From Macrostomum lignano (taxonomy: Eukaryota), in contig NIVC01001151.1 in NCBI GenBank assembly GCA_002269645.1, positions 186,001 to 250,000 of the forward strand: 64,000 nt of DNA. The letters are read 5' to 3'. The notes under the pieces are model-generated. The model worked only from the letters and a program-made list of their open reading frames with translations. It ran no database searches and was not told the DNA's origin. The position numbers were made by a program, and so were the translations under genes. This document shows positions 45,001-57,597 of this stretch, piece after piece. Positions within the stretch are counted from its first letter, which is position 1; each line of letters starts with the position of its first letter.

Positions 45001-48000
45001 CTGATGGATATCGATTAGCGATAATGAGCGATACTGATGGATATCGATTAGCGATAATGAGCGATACTGATGGATATCGATATCGATTAGCGTTAATGAG
45101 CGATACTGATGGATATCGATTAGCGATAATGGCCGATACTGATGAATATCGATTAGCGATAATGGCCGATACTGATGAATATCGATTAGCGATAATGGGA
45201 AATAATGACGGGTATCGATTTGCAGTAATTTTTTATACTGATGTATATCGATAAGCAATAATGGACAATACTGATGGATATCGATTAGCGATAATAGCTG
45301 ATACTTGTGGATATGCATTATTGATAATGAAACACTGGCTAATCGATGATTCGATAATGTCGAAAGATTAAATCGAAGATTAAACCACCCACCTGACCAA
45401 GCGATCCAGTGGCCACATCAACAAAGCTCAGTCTCGGAGTTGGATGACCCTCCAAATCGCTGCTAATCTTGCGCAGGTTTAACAGCTCGCTAGCTGGGAA
45501 CAGGCCAGCTTCTGCCCAGGCAGCATAGAGGATTGGAGCAGCATGGCCCTGGATTGTGTGGCAGACAAATGCACAAAAATATGGCCAACACTTATTAGTC
45601 TAATCGGACAAGCCTAAGTAATGACACTTATGTACTAAACCTACCTTGGACAGAATAAACCGATCATTAGTATAGAGTTTTGGCTCCTTCACAGAATACT
45701 TCATGGTGTGGAAGAACAGTACAGACATAATCTCTGCCATTGAAGCGCATGATGTTGGGTGTCTGAAAATAGGAATAATCATAAAATAGAAAGTAAATAA
45801 AATCAAAACAGTCATAATAACTAATAATATTCAAGCAGTGGTAAAAATACTATTAAAAAACTCTTTAACATTCTGTTAAAAGATATATAGGATTTTTAAA
45901 TCACTGATCCATTACTTCTTATTATTGAAAGTACTATTTTGTTAGAGTTCTACTGTAGCTGTAGCTACATGAAATTATGAGTAGATATGGTAATGGGAAC
46001 AAATATTTCATATATATAGTAATATTAGCCACTTAATATCTAAGACTTAAAAGACAGAAGATCATTAGAGCTCTTAATTTCATAGGTGGAATAAAAAATA
46101 AATGAATATTGCTATTTACAAAGCTTTGTCAGGGAATTCCTACAGTTGGAAACTCAAGCAACAAAGATTGTTGCTACTATATATACATAATATAGATAGG
46201 CTAGTAAGGACTAAAGTTAAGATGATTTTTTTTACTTTTAATGCAAAAGAAGCTCTTGGTCTAAAGTTCTTGGGGTTAGAAACTTTGATGCTTGGGCGCA
46301 ACCTAAGGATTCACCTAGCTGTTTCTATTGGCAACAGACACATGAAAGTCACTATTGGACTGAATAGTAGTCATGTGACTGCTCTCAGCCAATAGCGACT
46401 TACATATGTGTGTTGCCAATAGAAATGGCTGAGGACTCCTAAGGTTGCACATGTATGGAAACTTAAGCATCAAAGATATACCATATATATTTGTATAGGA
46501 GGAATGGTTTAAGATAGAGATAAATATAATTCTAGCCATTCTATGGAAAATTATAGGAAAATACTCGTAATTTGTGATACTTATAGGTATAGATTATAGA
46601 TATAGACCATAGTTAAGAATATAGTCATTACTACAGAAAATTCTAGTATATACAAAGTCTTTGATATATTTAGTAAATCATCATGGTACATATTGAGGTC
46701 CTTAGTATAAATGGTAAATAAATTTTGGCAAAGGGCCTATCAAATTAAGCTCATAAAATAGAGCCCAAATAACCTGATATATATAAATGATATATTGTTC
46801 TGCTTATAATCACACCAAGAAACTAGGTTTGGCAAAAGTTATAAAAATTATACCTAGGATAGGACAGAACAATTAAGAAGACAATTAGGGACAATTATGT
46901 AAACTTAAACTTATAAGGCTAAGTCTTTAATTATCTCCTTGCTTGTTTTCTCTTATCCCAAGTCCAATTTTTGTATTTTTTTTACTAAATCTAGCTTTCT
47001 TAGTGTCACTATAAATAATAATATAAAATTTGTTTAGGTTTTAAAAATCTTAAAAGGTCTTAAAAATCTAGAATATTCATAACTAAACAAATAGATACTT
47101 ATTTGTTTAGTATCTCTCACAATTTAATTGTTAAATTAGCAATTTAACTAGACAAATAGCAAAATGGCTATTTGTCTAGTCATTGGTCAAATAACAACTG
47201 CCCATTTATTATTCTAACTTAAATTTTCAAATGTTTAATTTAATTTCTAGATCTATTTTAAATAGTTTTTATTGGTTATATACAAAATAAAAATAAAAAT
47301 AGCTTATACTACTATACTATACTACTGACATCTGGATAGAATCCTTGTTCTTTACAAATAACAAATAGACAGCAAAATAAAGCCTTCATAAAAAAACAAC
47401 AGACATTCCCTCTTAAAAACAAAATATCCCAAGACAGCAAGCATCCTCAGACAGCATTCAAGCATTGATCCCCAAATAGCAAGCATCCCCCAGACTGCAA
47501 GCATCCCCCAGATAGCAAGCATCCCCCCAATAGAAAGCAACCCAAGATAGCAAGCATCCCCCAGATCGCAAGCATCCCCGAGATAGCAAGCATCCCCCAG
47601 ATAGCAATTATTCCCCGAGATCCCAGATAGTAAGCATCCCCCAGATACAGTCATGCACAAAAGTAAGTACACCCCAAGCAAAAATTGAGAAAAACAGTTA
47701 TAATTTCTGAACCGTCAGCTCTATTACGACAAAACTGTATCACAATGATCCTTATTTACTGGCGCTTATTTTGACACATCAAGCTTTGAAAAACTCTTTG
47801 TGGCTAAGGAGCTGTGGCCAAGAATGCTCAAACACACCTGTGCGGGGGTAAGTACACCCTGCCCTTCACTACCAGTATAACCTCCTCTGTGCAAATGCGA
47901 GCCACCACAAGTACATTGCCAGCCGCCTCACTGCCTGTTACATCACCAGCGACTTTAGTCCTGCTCGCCCCTGCCCTCAATCGGCTCAGCTACTGGTTTT

Positions 48001-51000
48001 CATGCTACTATAAAGCTCATGTGCACTGCAGCCGCTTCGTCATTGACTTGATACACGCCAGGACAATGCCAAGAGGCCAGGAGCTGTCAGTTCAGTTAAG
48101 AAATCGCATTGTAGCAGCTCACAATAGTGGCGATGGCTACAAGCGGATATCTGCTGCCTTCAATGTGCATGTATCAACGGTTAGGCACATCATCGCAAAG
48201 TACAAACAGCATGGCACCACAGCATCTCTGCCTCACAGTGGCCGGCTGAGCAAAATTTCAGCTCGCGCGCTGCGCAAACTCACGCAAGAGGTCAGCCAAA
48301 ACCCGAATGCAACATCAGGTGAGCTGCAGCAGATGCTGAATGCAGCTGGCTTATTGCCGCACAGGACTACTGTTCGCCAAGCCCTAAACCGCGTGGGCCT
48401 CCGCAGCTGCATTCCAAGAAAAAAGCCTCTGCTGCAGCAGCAACATCGCGATGCCAGGCTGCAGTTCGCTAATGCGATGCTGAGCAAGCTGGACAGCTAC
48501 TGGCAGTCAGTGCTTTGGACTGATGAAACCAAGATTGAGCTGTTCGGCAGGAATGAGAAACAGTGCGTGTGGCACAAGCCGAACACCTCATTTGAGCAGA
48601 AACACCTGAAGCCGACAGTCAAGCACGGAGGCGGCAGCATCATGCTGTGGGTCTGCTTTGCAGCTGCTGGCACCGGCAGGCTGATGCACATCACCGAGAA
48701 GATGAATTCGGCCGTGTATCAGCAGATCCTTGACGAAAACCTGCAGTCATCAGTGCATGACCTCGGTCTTGGACGAGCTTGGACACTGCAGCAGGACAAT
48801 GACCCCAAGCACACGAGCGCTGCAACTCGGCGATGGCTGCAGCAGAGGCGCATCAAGGTCATGGAGTGGCCAAGCCAGAGCCCTGACCTGAATCCGATCG
48901 AGATGCTGTGGACAGATCTCAAGAAGATGGTTCACGCAAGGAAGCCGAAGAATCTGCGGGAATTGGCCGAATTCTGCATCGAGGAGTGGCGGAAAGTGCC
49001 TGCTGAGAGGTGCGCTGCGCTGGTGAATGGCTACCGCAAGCGGCTCTTGGCTGTGGTGGCTGCACGAGGCGGAGCTACAAAGTATTAAGACAGGGTGTAC
49101 TTACTTTTGCACAGGTGTGTTTGAGCATTTTTGGCCACAGCTCCTTAGCCACAGAGTTTTTCAAAGCTTGATGTGTCAAAATAAGCGCCAGTCAATAAGG
49201 ATCATTGTGATGCAGTTTTGTCGTAATAGAGCTGACGGTTCAGAAATTATAACCGTTTTTCTCAATTTTTGCTTGGGGTGTACTTTTGTGCATGACTATA
49301 GCAAGCATCCCCCAGATAGCAAGCATCCCCCAGATAGCAAGCATCCCCTAGATAGCAAGCATCCCCCAGATAGCAAGCATCCCCCAGATAGCAAGCATCC
49401 CCCAGATCGCAAGCATCCCCCAGATCGCAAGCATCCCCGAGATAGCAAGCATCCCCCAGATAGCAAGCATTCCCCCAGACCCCAGATAGTAAGCATCCCC
49501 CAGATAGCAAGCATCCCCCAGATAGCAAGCATCCCCCAGATAGCAAGCATCCCCTAGATAGCAAGCATCCCCCAGATTGTAAGCATCCCCCAGATAGCAA
49601 GCATCCCCCAGATAGCAAGCATTCCCCCAGGCCAGACCCCAGATAGTAAGCATCCCCCAGATAGCAAGCATCCCCCAGATAGCAAGCATCCCCCAGATAG
49701 CAAGCATCCCCCAGATAGCAAGCATCCCCCAGATTGCAAGCATCCCCCAGATCGTAAGCATCCCCCAGATAGCAAGCATCCCCCAGATAGCAAGCATTCC
49801 CCCAGACCCCAGATAGTAAGCATCCCCCAGATAGCAAGCATCCCCCAGATAGCAAGCATCCCCTAGATAGCAAGCATCCCCCAGATAGCAAGCATCCCCC
49901 AGATAGCAAGCATCCCCCAGATCGCAAGCATCCCCCAGACAGCAAGCAACCCCTGATAGCAAGCATAACCTGGATACAAAGAGACCTTATAGATATCTTG
50001 CAACCCCCTCTCAGATAGCAAGTACTCTCCACCCCCAAGAGCAAGCACCCCCCTGATAGCAAGTATCCATCCTTAAATAGCAAGCATCCACCAGAGAACA
50101 AGTAGCTAGTGCAACAATTTCCTTAGCTTTATAATGGTTCCATTTTGTTTGGCATGCACTTCTTTTTATGTTTGAAATGGTGTCTCTCTTTGTTTAAAAA
50201 TGTGGCTCTTTAATGTTTGACATGGTAGCTCTTCTATGTTTGACATGGTAGCTCTTTAATGTTTGACATGGTGGCTCTTTAATATTCTACATGGTGGCTC
50301 TTTTATGTTCTTCATGGTATAGCTCTTTTATGTTAGACATGGTGGCTCTTTAATGTTCAAAATGGTGGCTCTTTAATATTTGACATAAAGTCACATATAT
50401 GTTTGACATGGTGGCTCCTAAATGTTTGACATGGTGGCTCTTTATGTTTGACATGGTGGCTCTTTATGTTCGACATGGTGAATCTTTTTTGTTCTATATG
50501 GTAACTCTTTTATGTTTGATATGGTGGCTTTTTAATGTCTGACATGTTGGCTTTTTAATGTTCGACATGGTGGCTCTTTAATGTTTGAAATGGTGGCTCT
50601 TTTATGTTTGACATGGTGGCTCTTTAATTTTTGACATGGTGGCTCCTAATTGTTTGACATGGTGGCTCTTTAATGTTCAAAATGGTGGCTCTTTAATGTT
50701 CGAAATGGTGGCTCTTTTATGTTTGACATGGTGGCTCTTTAATGTTTGACATGGTGGGTCTTTTATGTTTGACATGGTGGGTCTTTTATGTTTGACATGG
50801 TGGCTCTTCTATGTTTGACATTGCGCTTCTTTGATGTTTAGCAGTTTTGTTGTGTTTTTAAGGTGTTTTAATAAAAAAATCTTTTTGCACTACTAAGATT
50901 CAAACCCAGGTCGATACATTAGCATTCCAGTCTGTTCGCATCAGGGCTATCTCTTTTCAATTGGAGAACATGAATTGTGGCCCTTATAATTCAATTCTTA

Positions 51001-52812
51001 CAGCAAGTCAATCGGAGTAAAAAGTTATGACATAATCAATTTCTCAGTTAGCCAGTATCAGTCTCACTTCAAGTTAGCAATATGGTTACGCAATTTAAAT
51101 CATGTCGTATGTGCATTTCTTTGGCACTGTTTTCAACTTGTTGCGATGCAATCTTTATCACAATCGGAATTCAGTCAGTCAGTTTCTTCTCTAGCATTCT
51201 TACAATGCATTTCAAGTTGAAAATTTGGCTTGACCTTTGCAAAAAAGCATGTTTTTCAAATATTTAATCCCTTTAACATTGAGCAATTTCTTAGCCAAGA
51301 TGTATGTACTGTCCCAGGAAATTTTCTGATCGAATGGTGCAAGTTTGAAGAAAATCGGTTGAGCCGTTTTTTCTGAAATCTATCGCATAGCTACATACAT
51401 ACATACATACATACATACATACAAACAACTCATTTTTAGGATATAGGATATATAAATAGTACATAGATTTTTCAAAGACTAATAATAAGCCTAGTATTAC
51501 TCTGCAACTTTTTTGACTAAGCATATAGAAAATAGGTAAAAGTCTATAAGAAAAAATAGATAACTACTAATAGAGGTCGGACGGGATCCCAATCCCAATC
51601 CTGAAATCTTGGGATCCCAAAGAAAATTGAATTCTCGCGGGACCAGAATCCCGACCCTAAAAAACTTAAGATTTGGGAACAGGTCTTTTGATTAAAAATT
51701 TACAGAATTAGTGATTACTTGAAGGTATTTTGCTTTAATTTATACTCGTTACATTTTTTACTTTGTTGGTTACACAACTTCATATCAATTTTGTTGTGTT
51801 TTACTTTTTGATCTTGACAATCTTTTCTTAATTTTGTTTAACTTTACATGGACAATACACTAAAAGATCTGATCCCAATTCTCGAATCCCAATCCTGATC
51901 CCAATTCTGAGAAAAAAATTATTCCCAATCCCGATCCTGCCTTGAAGATTTCAAATTCAATCCCGTCCAACCTCTAACTATTAATACTAAAAGAAAAATT
52001 GGTTATAATACTAAAAAACTCTACTTTAAAGCAATTAGTATCAATTAATGATTATTAATAGGCCTTGCCTTGCTAGTGTTTATTTTTATAATTAAAAATT
52101 GTAATAATTTTATTTATACTTGTGCTGTGGCAGCTAGACTGTATGCAATCAGCAGCACTAGTGCATCACACCGGAAAACCCCCCAACCTCTTTCTAGCTG
52201 AGGTGGGGTGGCTGTGCACTAATCTAGCCAGCTTGCTAAGCAAGCTGGGAGGTGGCATAGCCTATCATGCTACACCACCTTTTTGCACTTCTCTAGGCCC
52301 TTCAATCTTGCACTATTGTATAAATATAAATATACCCACAAAGCACAAACTCTTCACTGCCATTCCATCTATTGAAATAAAAGGCCTTCTGCCTCATGCT
52401 ATACTTATAAGTCATATGATAAGGGCATAGGCCAGCAGACCAATGTAAAAACTAATATTGTTAATAGAATTTATTATTAACCTATTAACCTTTTAATAAA
52501 TATGCTCTATTTATTGATATACAACCTTTATACAAAGCTATATAATATTAGTAGCAATGTATTTTAATCAAATGTCAAATAGAAAACTTTTATAAAAAAA
52601 CATATTATCAAATTAATAAGATCAATATTTAGTTTGTTAAATCAAAGCTATTTATAAGCATTAAAATTCATAGCAGAACATTTTTATTATATTCATAGAC
52701 ATAAATCAATATATATTACTCACCCACTATTAGAAGCATTGGTTGCATTGACACTATGAATGCGTAGCCTATTGGCCATAACTTTAAGCTTGTTCACCGT
52801 TTCAGAGTCCAT
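42060..52812 (-). CDS. TKT: Transketolase, 620 aa; 7 exons: 52812..52724, 45762..45645, 45548..45393, 44796..44437, 44324..43983, 43165..42719, 42410..42060
   Basis: [30 protein letters not shown]|[17 protein letters not shown]; [13 protein letters not shown]; VATGSLGQ|GL; [17 protein letters not shown]; [10 protein letters not shown]; [10 protein letters not shown]; [13 protein letters not shown]. Exons sum to 1863 nt with canonical junctions. Confidence 0.95.
43235..43960. repeat. ~29-31-bp CAGTGAGGCTTCAGTCTCCCAAATCCCAT array in TKT intron 5
   Basis: Read directly. Confidence 0.9.
44810..45300. repeat. 33-bp GATATCGATTAGCGATAATGAGCGATACTGATG array in TKT intron 3
   Basis: Read directly. 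Confidence 0.9.
46283..46475. mobile_element. Foldback/palindromic element (MITE-like)
   Basis: Nested inverted arms: CTTTGATGCTT/AAGCATCAAAG, TTTCTATTGGCAACA/TGTTGCCAATAGAAA, AAGTCACTATTGG/CCAATAGCGACTT. Confidence 0.6.
47648..49298 (+). mobile_element. Tc1/mariner DNA transposon (IR/DR type), 1651 bp, ~210-bp TIRs, TA target duplication
   Basis: TA|CAGTCATGCACAAAAG... left end and ...CTTTTGTGCATGACTA|TA right end; TIRs ~47648-47861 and ~49091-49298; inserted in TKT intron 1. Confidence 0.95.
48066..49088 (+). CDS. Tc1 transposase, 340 aa, DD34E
   Basis: ATG at 48066; [32 protein letters not shown] and [12 protein letters not shown], with 34 residues between the second D and the E (hand count). 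Confidence 0.95.
   Translation: MPRGQELSVQLRNRIVAAHNSGDGYKRISAAFNVHVSTVRHIIAKYKQHGTTASLPHSGRLSKISARALRKLTQEVSQNPNATSGELQQMLNAAGLLPHRTTVRQALNRVGLRSCIPRKKPLLQQQHRDARLQFANAMLSKLDSYWQSVLWTDETKIELFGRNEKQCVWHKPNTSFEQKHLKPTVKHGGGSIMLWVCFAAAGTGRLMHITEKMNSAVYQQILDENLQSSVHDLGLGRAWTLQQDNDPKHTSAATRRWLQQRRIKVMEWPSQSPDLNPIEMLWTDLKKMVHARKPKNLRELAEFCIEEWRKVPAERCAALVNGYRKRLLAVVAARGGATKY
50215..50820. repeat. ~23-bp TTTGACATGGTGGCTCTTTAATG array
   Basis: Read directly. Confidence 0.85.
51571..51976. mobile_element. hAT-type MITE, 406 bp
   Basis: 17-bp TIRs TAGAGGTCGGACGGGAT / ATCCCGTCCAACCTCTA (1 mismatch); 8-bp flanks ACTACTAA / ACTATTAA (1 mismatch). Confidence 0.75.
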
Positions 52813-54088
52813 GTTGAGAGTCGAAGAGTAAAAAATAATGTCGAATCTGTACTGCACAGTAAGTAACTAAAGACTGTAAGGTAGGTCGGCCAGTGGATAC
52901 AAGCAGGAGAGTGTTGAGGCAATTGTGGTGGTGGTGCAGTGTGAAGTGTGCCTATATTCGCCAGTCGTGATATAAAACATTGCTAATTGAACGTTATTTT
53001 TTTACTGGGTTGTTTTGTATTTTTATTCAGCTTTTCACTCAACATGTTAATTTTTCTCATAATCCAAAGTTTTCACAGCAAGAATTTTTTTCGTATCGAA
53101 AATATTTTCTTTTTTTTGTTATAATAATTAGAGTTTTTTAGCTCGATATCGATTATCTAATGCAATAAATAGAATATTTACAATTATCGTTAGATGCTTT
53201 ACATTGCCCTCCCTCCGTGCTTAGCCAAAACAATTCTCAGACGATAGTACGCGAACGGCAGCTTGTTTGCTTTTTCAAAAGAATGCAATAACTTAAAAAA
53301 TACATGTACATGATCATTCCAAGAAAGCCTAGCTATCGCTAGAGGTTGCGCCAAAATTCGCTTTGTATTTGAAAAGACTTCCAAAAAGTCGGAATCGATG
53401 CACCTAGTATCAAAGGCTTTTGTATAATTTTGTAATAGCTATAATAGTTTTAAAGGAATTTCGAAACTATCAAACAATCAACAATTTTGTAACAACAAAA
53501 AACATCGTTTTTGCGCTGTCTAAAAAGTGCCAACTAAGAGAGCGCACATCAAGGCTTAGATGCAAAAAAGAGAAAACTTGAGGCGCCCCGCGTTTGCGAG
53601 CAGGCAGTCGGCGAAATACGGAATACAACACGGAATTCACTCTAACTCGCCAAATTCTCGCTATATAAGGATGGTTCCAGCAGCGCCAAAGCAGCGCCTC
53701 CTGCGCTATGGCTGTTGGCTTGATGATTTGGCCAGCGGGTGCAGCAGGATAGGTATAGTTTAGATATACTTATACATCTTTATGTATGCATCTTCAGCAC
53801 AGTGCATTCAAGGGTCTAAGAAAGTTCATAATTTAATTCGAAGTTAAGCAGAAGTCAGTTGAACGAATAACAGAACTAATCGTCAGATTTTTTACTCCTG
53901 TTGCACTATTGAGAATCACAACGTGAAATTTATCTTGGAATTTCTTTAAGCTTCATCAAATCAAGCCGAAATTTTCTCGCGTAGCAGCAACTTGTAGTAG
54001 AAACGCGGTTACCGTCGATCTCACGCGGTATCGACACTTTAAATGTCGAGTTGTCACTGACGACAAAACACATTCCTCCTCCAGTCAA

Positions 54089-57000
54089 TCAGTGGTTTCT
54101 CGGCCGGTGCATGTACTCCTTGAAATCGTACAGGCAGCCGATTGAGTGAAAATAGAAGAACACGTGCAGCGGTAGAGTGACAATGGCCAGAGACAAGTTC
54201 ACTGGATCGTCGTTTCTGTAGCCAAGGATGAGGCTGAACGCGCTACCGTAGATGAACCACTCGGCCGCGTTGCAAATTATCAAAAGCCACGCGCCGATGT
54301 CGGCCAGCCGCGGATGAAGATTGCGAATTCGGCCGGCCAGGATTCGATCAACTAACGACACCTGTGTTGTAGTCATAGAAAACTAAAGCAGCTAGAGGGA
54401 CGCTGCAAATGAGATTTCAACTAGTCCCAAAGTGAAAGCGATGCATCAGAGAGTGGCGTTTTTACAGTCAGATCCGGCGAAATCCCCCGATAAGTGCTGC
54501 TCTGACACATCGCTTTCATTATGGGGCTTTAAGTTGACATAAAACCCCAATTTATCCCATCATATCCTAATTCTGGCAGATAATTCTCGATAATTCTACA
54601 CTCACTGCAATAAAGAAACATTGCAAATACTCGTAGAACTTCTAGCGGTCCTCGGAGCCTGGTTTTGAAGGCGATTAACGAATCGGTGAACATGTTCGAT
54701 TAAGACTGTTTCGAATTAAGACAGAGGGCTATGAGAATCAAATTTAATCCAATATTATTTAGGGACAATTTTAGGGACTATTAAGATTAGGATTTAGGTT
54801 TGGTTAAGTTAGGAAATTAAGAACGTGCAATGTTATCAGAGCGTGGTGGAGTGTTGCAGTTGTGGACAGTTGCACTCCTACAAAAAGACACAAGCTTGAT
54901 GACGGCATTGTAAAGGGCGAGTGCAGGCCGCCCTAAAAGTCTGTTTACACTTTAAGGGGTCAATTGTGTCTTTTATGTGGGCCGGAGTTTCAACTGCATC
55001 CAATACTAAAGATATTTCAGATGACGCACGAGCAGGAAGGTCCGTGGGAATCGGCCAGAATTGCGAGTCTGGGAGCGGCGCATTATCGTTCCATGGGAAC
55101 AGTTTAAAGGGGTTTCGTGGGGGAAAAATTATTATAAATAACGCGACAGTTTAACCTCTTTTTTCACTCCCTTCTCTATCCAATTTACCTGTTTGCTGTT
55201 ATCTTAAATTGTTACCAACCTGCGCGTGCTTATCGCTTCCGCTGACCCGCGTGGATCAAAAGACTGAACACTACCATTACTTATTGATGTCTTCAACCTA
55301 AAATTAGGTTAACTATTTATAAGCTAGGATGCAATAGTTGATAATAATAGAATTGAATTAGCATTAGTTATTAGTTGAATGATAGTGCCTCAGACTTATC
55401 CTATGTGCTTGAAGCTCGCTGAAATAATGCTTATATCATGCATGAAGATGAACAACAAAATATATATTTAAAGCTACCAGATTACTATACTCATTTATTC
55501 AATATTTACTCGCGAATGCATTTGCCTTAGTAAAAATGTTGACCAGCGGAAAGCTGAGAGAGTAGTTATTAATATTTATATGTACGTTTGCGGCCGACTA
55601 AAGAAACTTATAAGGTCATAGGGAGGGCAGCTGCCTCCTGGCACTGAGACCTCCTCCTGAGGGAGGTCACAAAGAGGGTCAGTTGTTTCATGGTAAAAAA
55701 TGGAGATTCATGTGTTGACCTGCGGCGCTAAAACGGAGCCAAGCACCATGCAGAGGCGCCAATGTCTAAAGTGAGTTAGGAAAATGCTTGCACGCCATCC
55801 GAGACTGACTCACCTGCAACACACTCTGTAAAATATTCAGCAGTGAAGTACCGCCTTCGATATATGGCACTCTGAACTGGCCCCCACCTACGACGAAGGC
55901 TCTCCAGAGGCGCTGAATTCTGTACAGCACCACACCGGACAGACCGCACCAGAGCATGACGCTATCCGCAGTGTGTCGGACTTCAGGCCCTCTGTCAGCC
56001 CTCTGAACCTGCACGGAGCAGCATCGATTGACAGCCAACAGAAATAGGCATACTATAATGCCAATAGAATAGAACGGGACTTGTATTCGATTCACTGACG
56101 CATTCCAATCTTCAATGCTTTTTGTGCAGACCATAAAAAATTTGAATATCAGAGTGCCTACAGTGACGCTAATTAGAAACGCAAACATCAGGACCAGTTT
56201 GCAGCTGTATCTTCGAATTTTCTTTAAAAAATGTCCATTTACTTGGTAGTCTTCGCTGATGCTGCGTTTTATCTCGTCAACCGGCCTTCCGGAGAGCTGC
56301 TTTCTTAGAAAAACTTTAACCCAACGGCCGGCGTTTGACATCACAGAGCAGGACAAAATCGCTCCCATGAGGAAGAATTCAGAGAGAAACGGGCCAAGAC
56401 TCTCCACCAGCGATTTTATTACATCCTTGACCGATGCCCGGTGTATTTTCGAGTCTGGGCACCAGTCGGAACGCTTCAAAACGAACACCTCGCCGATTTC
56501 GGATTTGGTGTGAAAGCACCAGCAAGATATATTGGCCGAAATGATCAAACTGAAAGCTAGAAAAGTCTGCTTCAGCTTCCAGAGCAGACAGACTTTGCTG
56601 TGAACGACAAAGAAGCGCACCTGGATCGGTACGAATGCCATTAGTAGGATGCATTTAACGGTTAAAGCGGCCAGAGCCGCTCCCGACGCGTGTCCACCAA
56701 TCAGATGTTCGACAAACTCCAATAAAACGCCGATCAATCCCAGAAACGAAAATACAATGAGTATTAATTCCAAAAATGTCGTAGGATAATTGGCCAAATG
56801 ATGCGGCATCTTCAGACACCAGTGAACTGCTCCGATTTCCGGCAACCTGTTGTTGGGGTCATAGGGATTCACCAGTTCCGCTCGATCAATTGTCTTGTCC
56901 AGTATAACTCGGAACGTCAGGTAGATGAAGGCGCCGATTCCGCCGAGTAACAGAAGACTCTCCATCCACAGGCTGAACATCTCAGCTGTACTCAACGATC

Positions 57001-57268
57001 CGTGGTGACTAGAATTGTCCGACTTCTCGGAGGCGTCTTCGTGCTTGCTGGAATCTTCTTGGGCCTGGTTCAACGATGCGATGACAGACAAAGCAAATGT
57101 GAATAGGATGGTAAAGTAGCCCAGCAGCTTGTACAGCGGTGAGGGGTGCTGGGCGAGAACTGTCACTGGGCTTCTTTGGGCCACGTTGTTGGGTTCTTCT
57201 ATCGCCTCCTGCTGCTCATCGGGGCTGTCAGACGGATTTACGAGTACGAGCGGACGCCGTTCTGGGTC
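54089..57268 (-). CDS. Otopetrin-like proton channel (exons ~57268..55814 and ~54382..54089; 5' exon not located)
   Basis: Multi-TM frame with SLGPFLSEFFLMGAILSCSVMSNAG and terminal LPLHVFFYFHSIGCLYDF, resembling otopetrin motifs (YPFxIEYSL; PLxIFYRFHSxxCL). Donor CAG|GTGAGT at 55814/55813; candidate acceptor CCGCAG|GAC at 57269/57268. Confidence 0.65.
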
Positions 57269-57359
57269 CTGCGGTGCGCGTTGGATGAGTTGGTTTCAGC
57301 GAATGCTTTCAGTTTGAGTAGCTGCTTATAGCAATTGACTAGGGGCGAAGGGGAGGGAG

Positions 57360-57597
57360 CAAGGGGGCTCTGGTTCTGGCGCTTCTGGTGCTGGCGCCTC
57401 TGGTGCTGGCGCCTCTGGTGCTGGCGCCTCTGGTGCTGGCGCCTCTGGTGCTGGCGCCTCTGGTGCTGGCGCCTCTGGTGCTGGCGCCTCTGGTGCTGGC
57501 GCCTCTGGTGCTGGCACCTCTGGTGCTGGCACCTCTGGTGCTGGCGCCTCTGGTGCTGGCGCCTCTGATGCTAGCGCCTCTGGTGCTAGCGCCTCTC
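57360..57597. repeat. 15-bp TCTGGTGCTGGCGCC array
   Basis: Read directly. Confidence 0.9.

Larger units (their letters stand above)
47470..50060. repeat. 18-bp CCCCCAGATAGCAAGCAT minisatellite, split by the Tc1 insertion
   Basis: Arrays at ~47470-47647 and 49299-~50060. Confidence 0.9.

Noticed and set aside
46102-46395. Plus-strand ORF containing NLRIHL, resembling the TKT N-terminus
   Set aside because: Wrong strand; the real TKT exon 1 is at 52812-52724.
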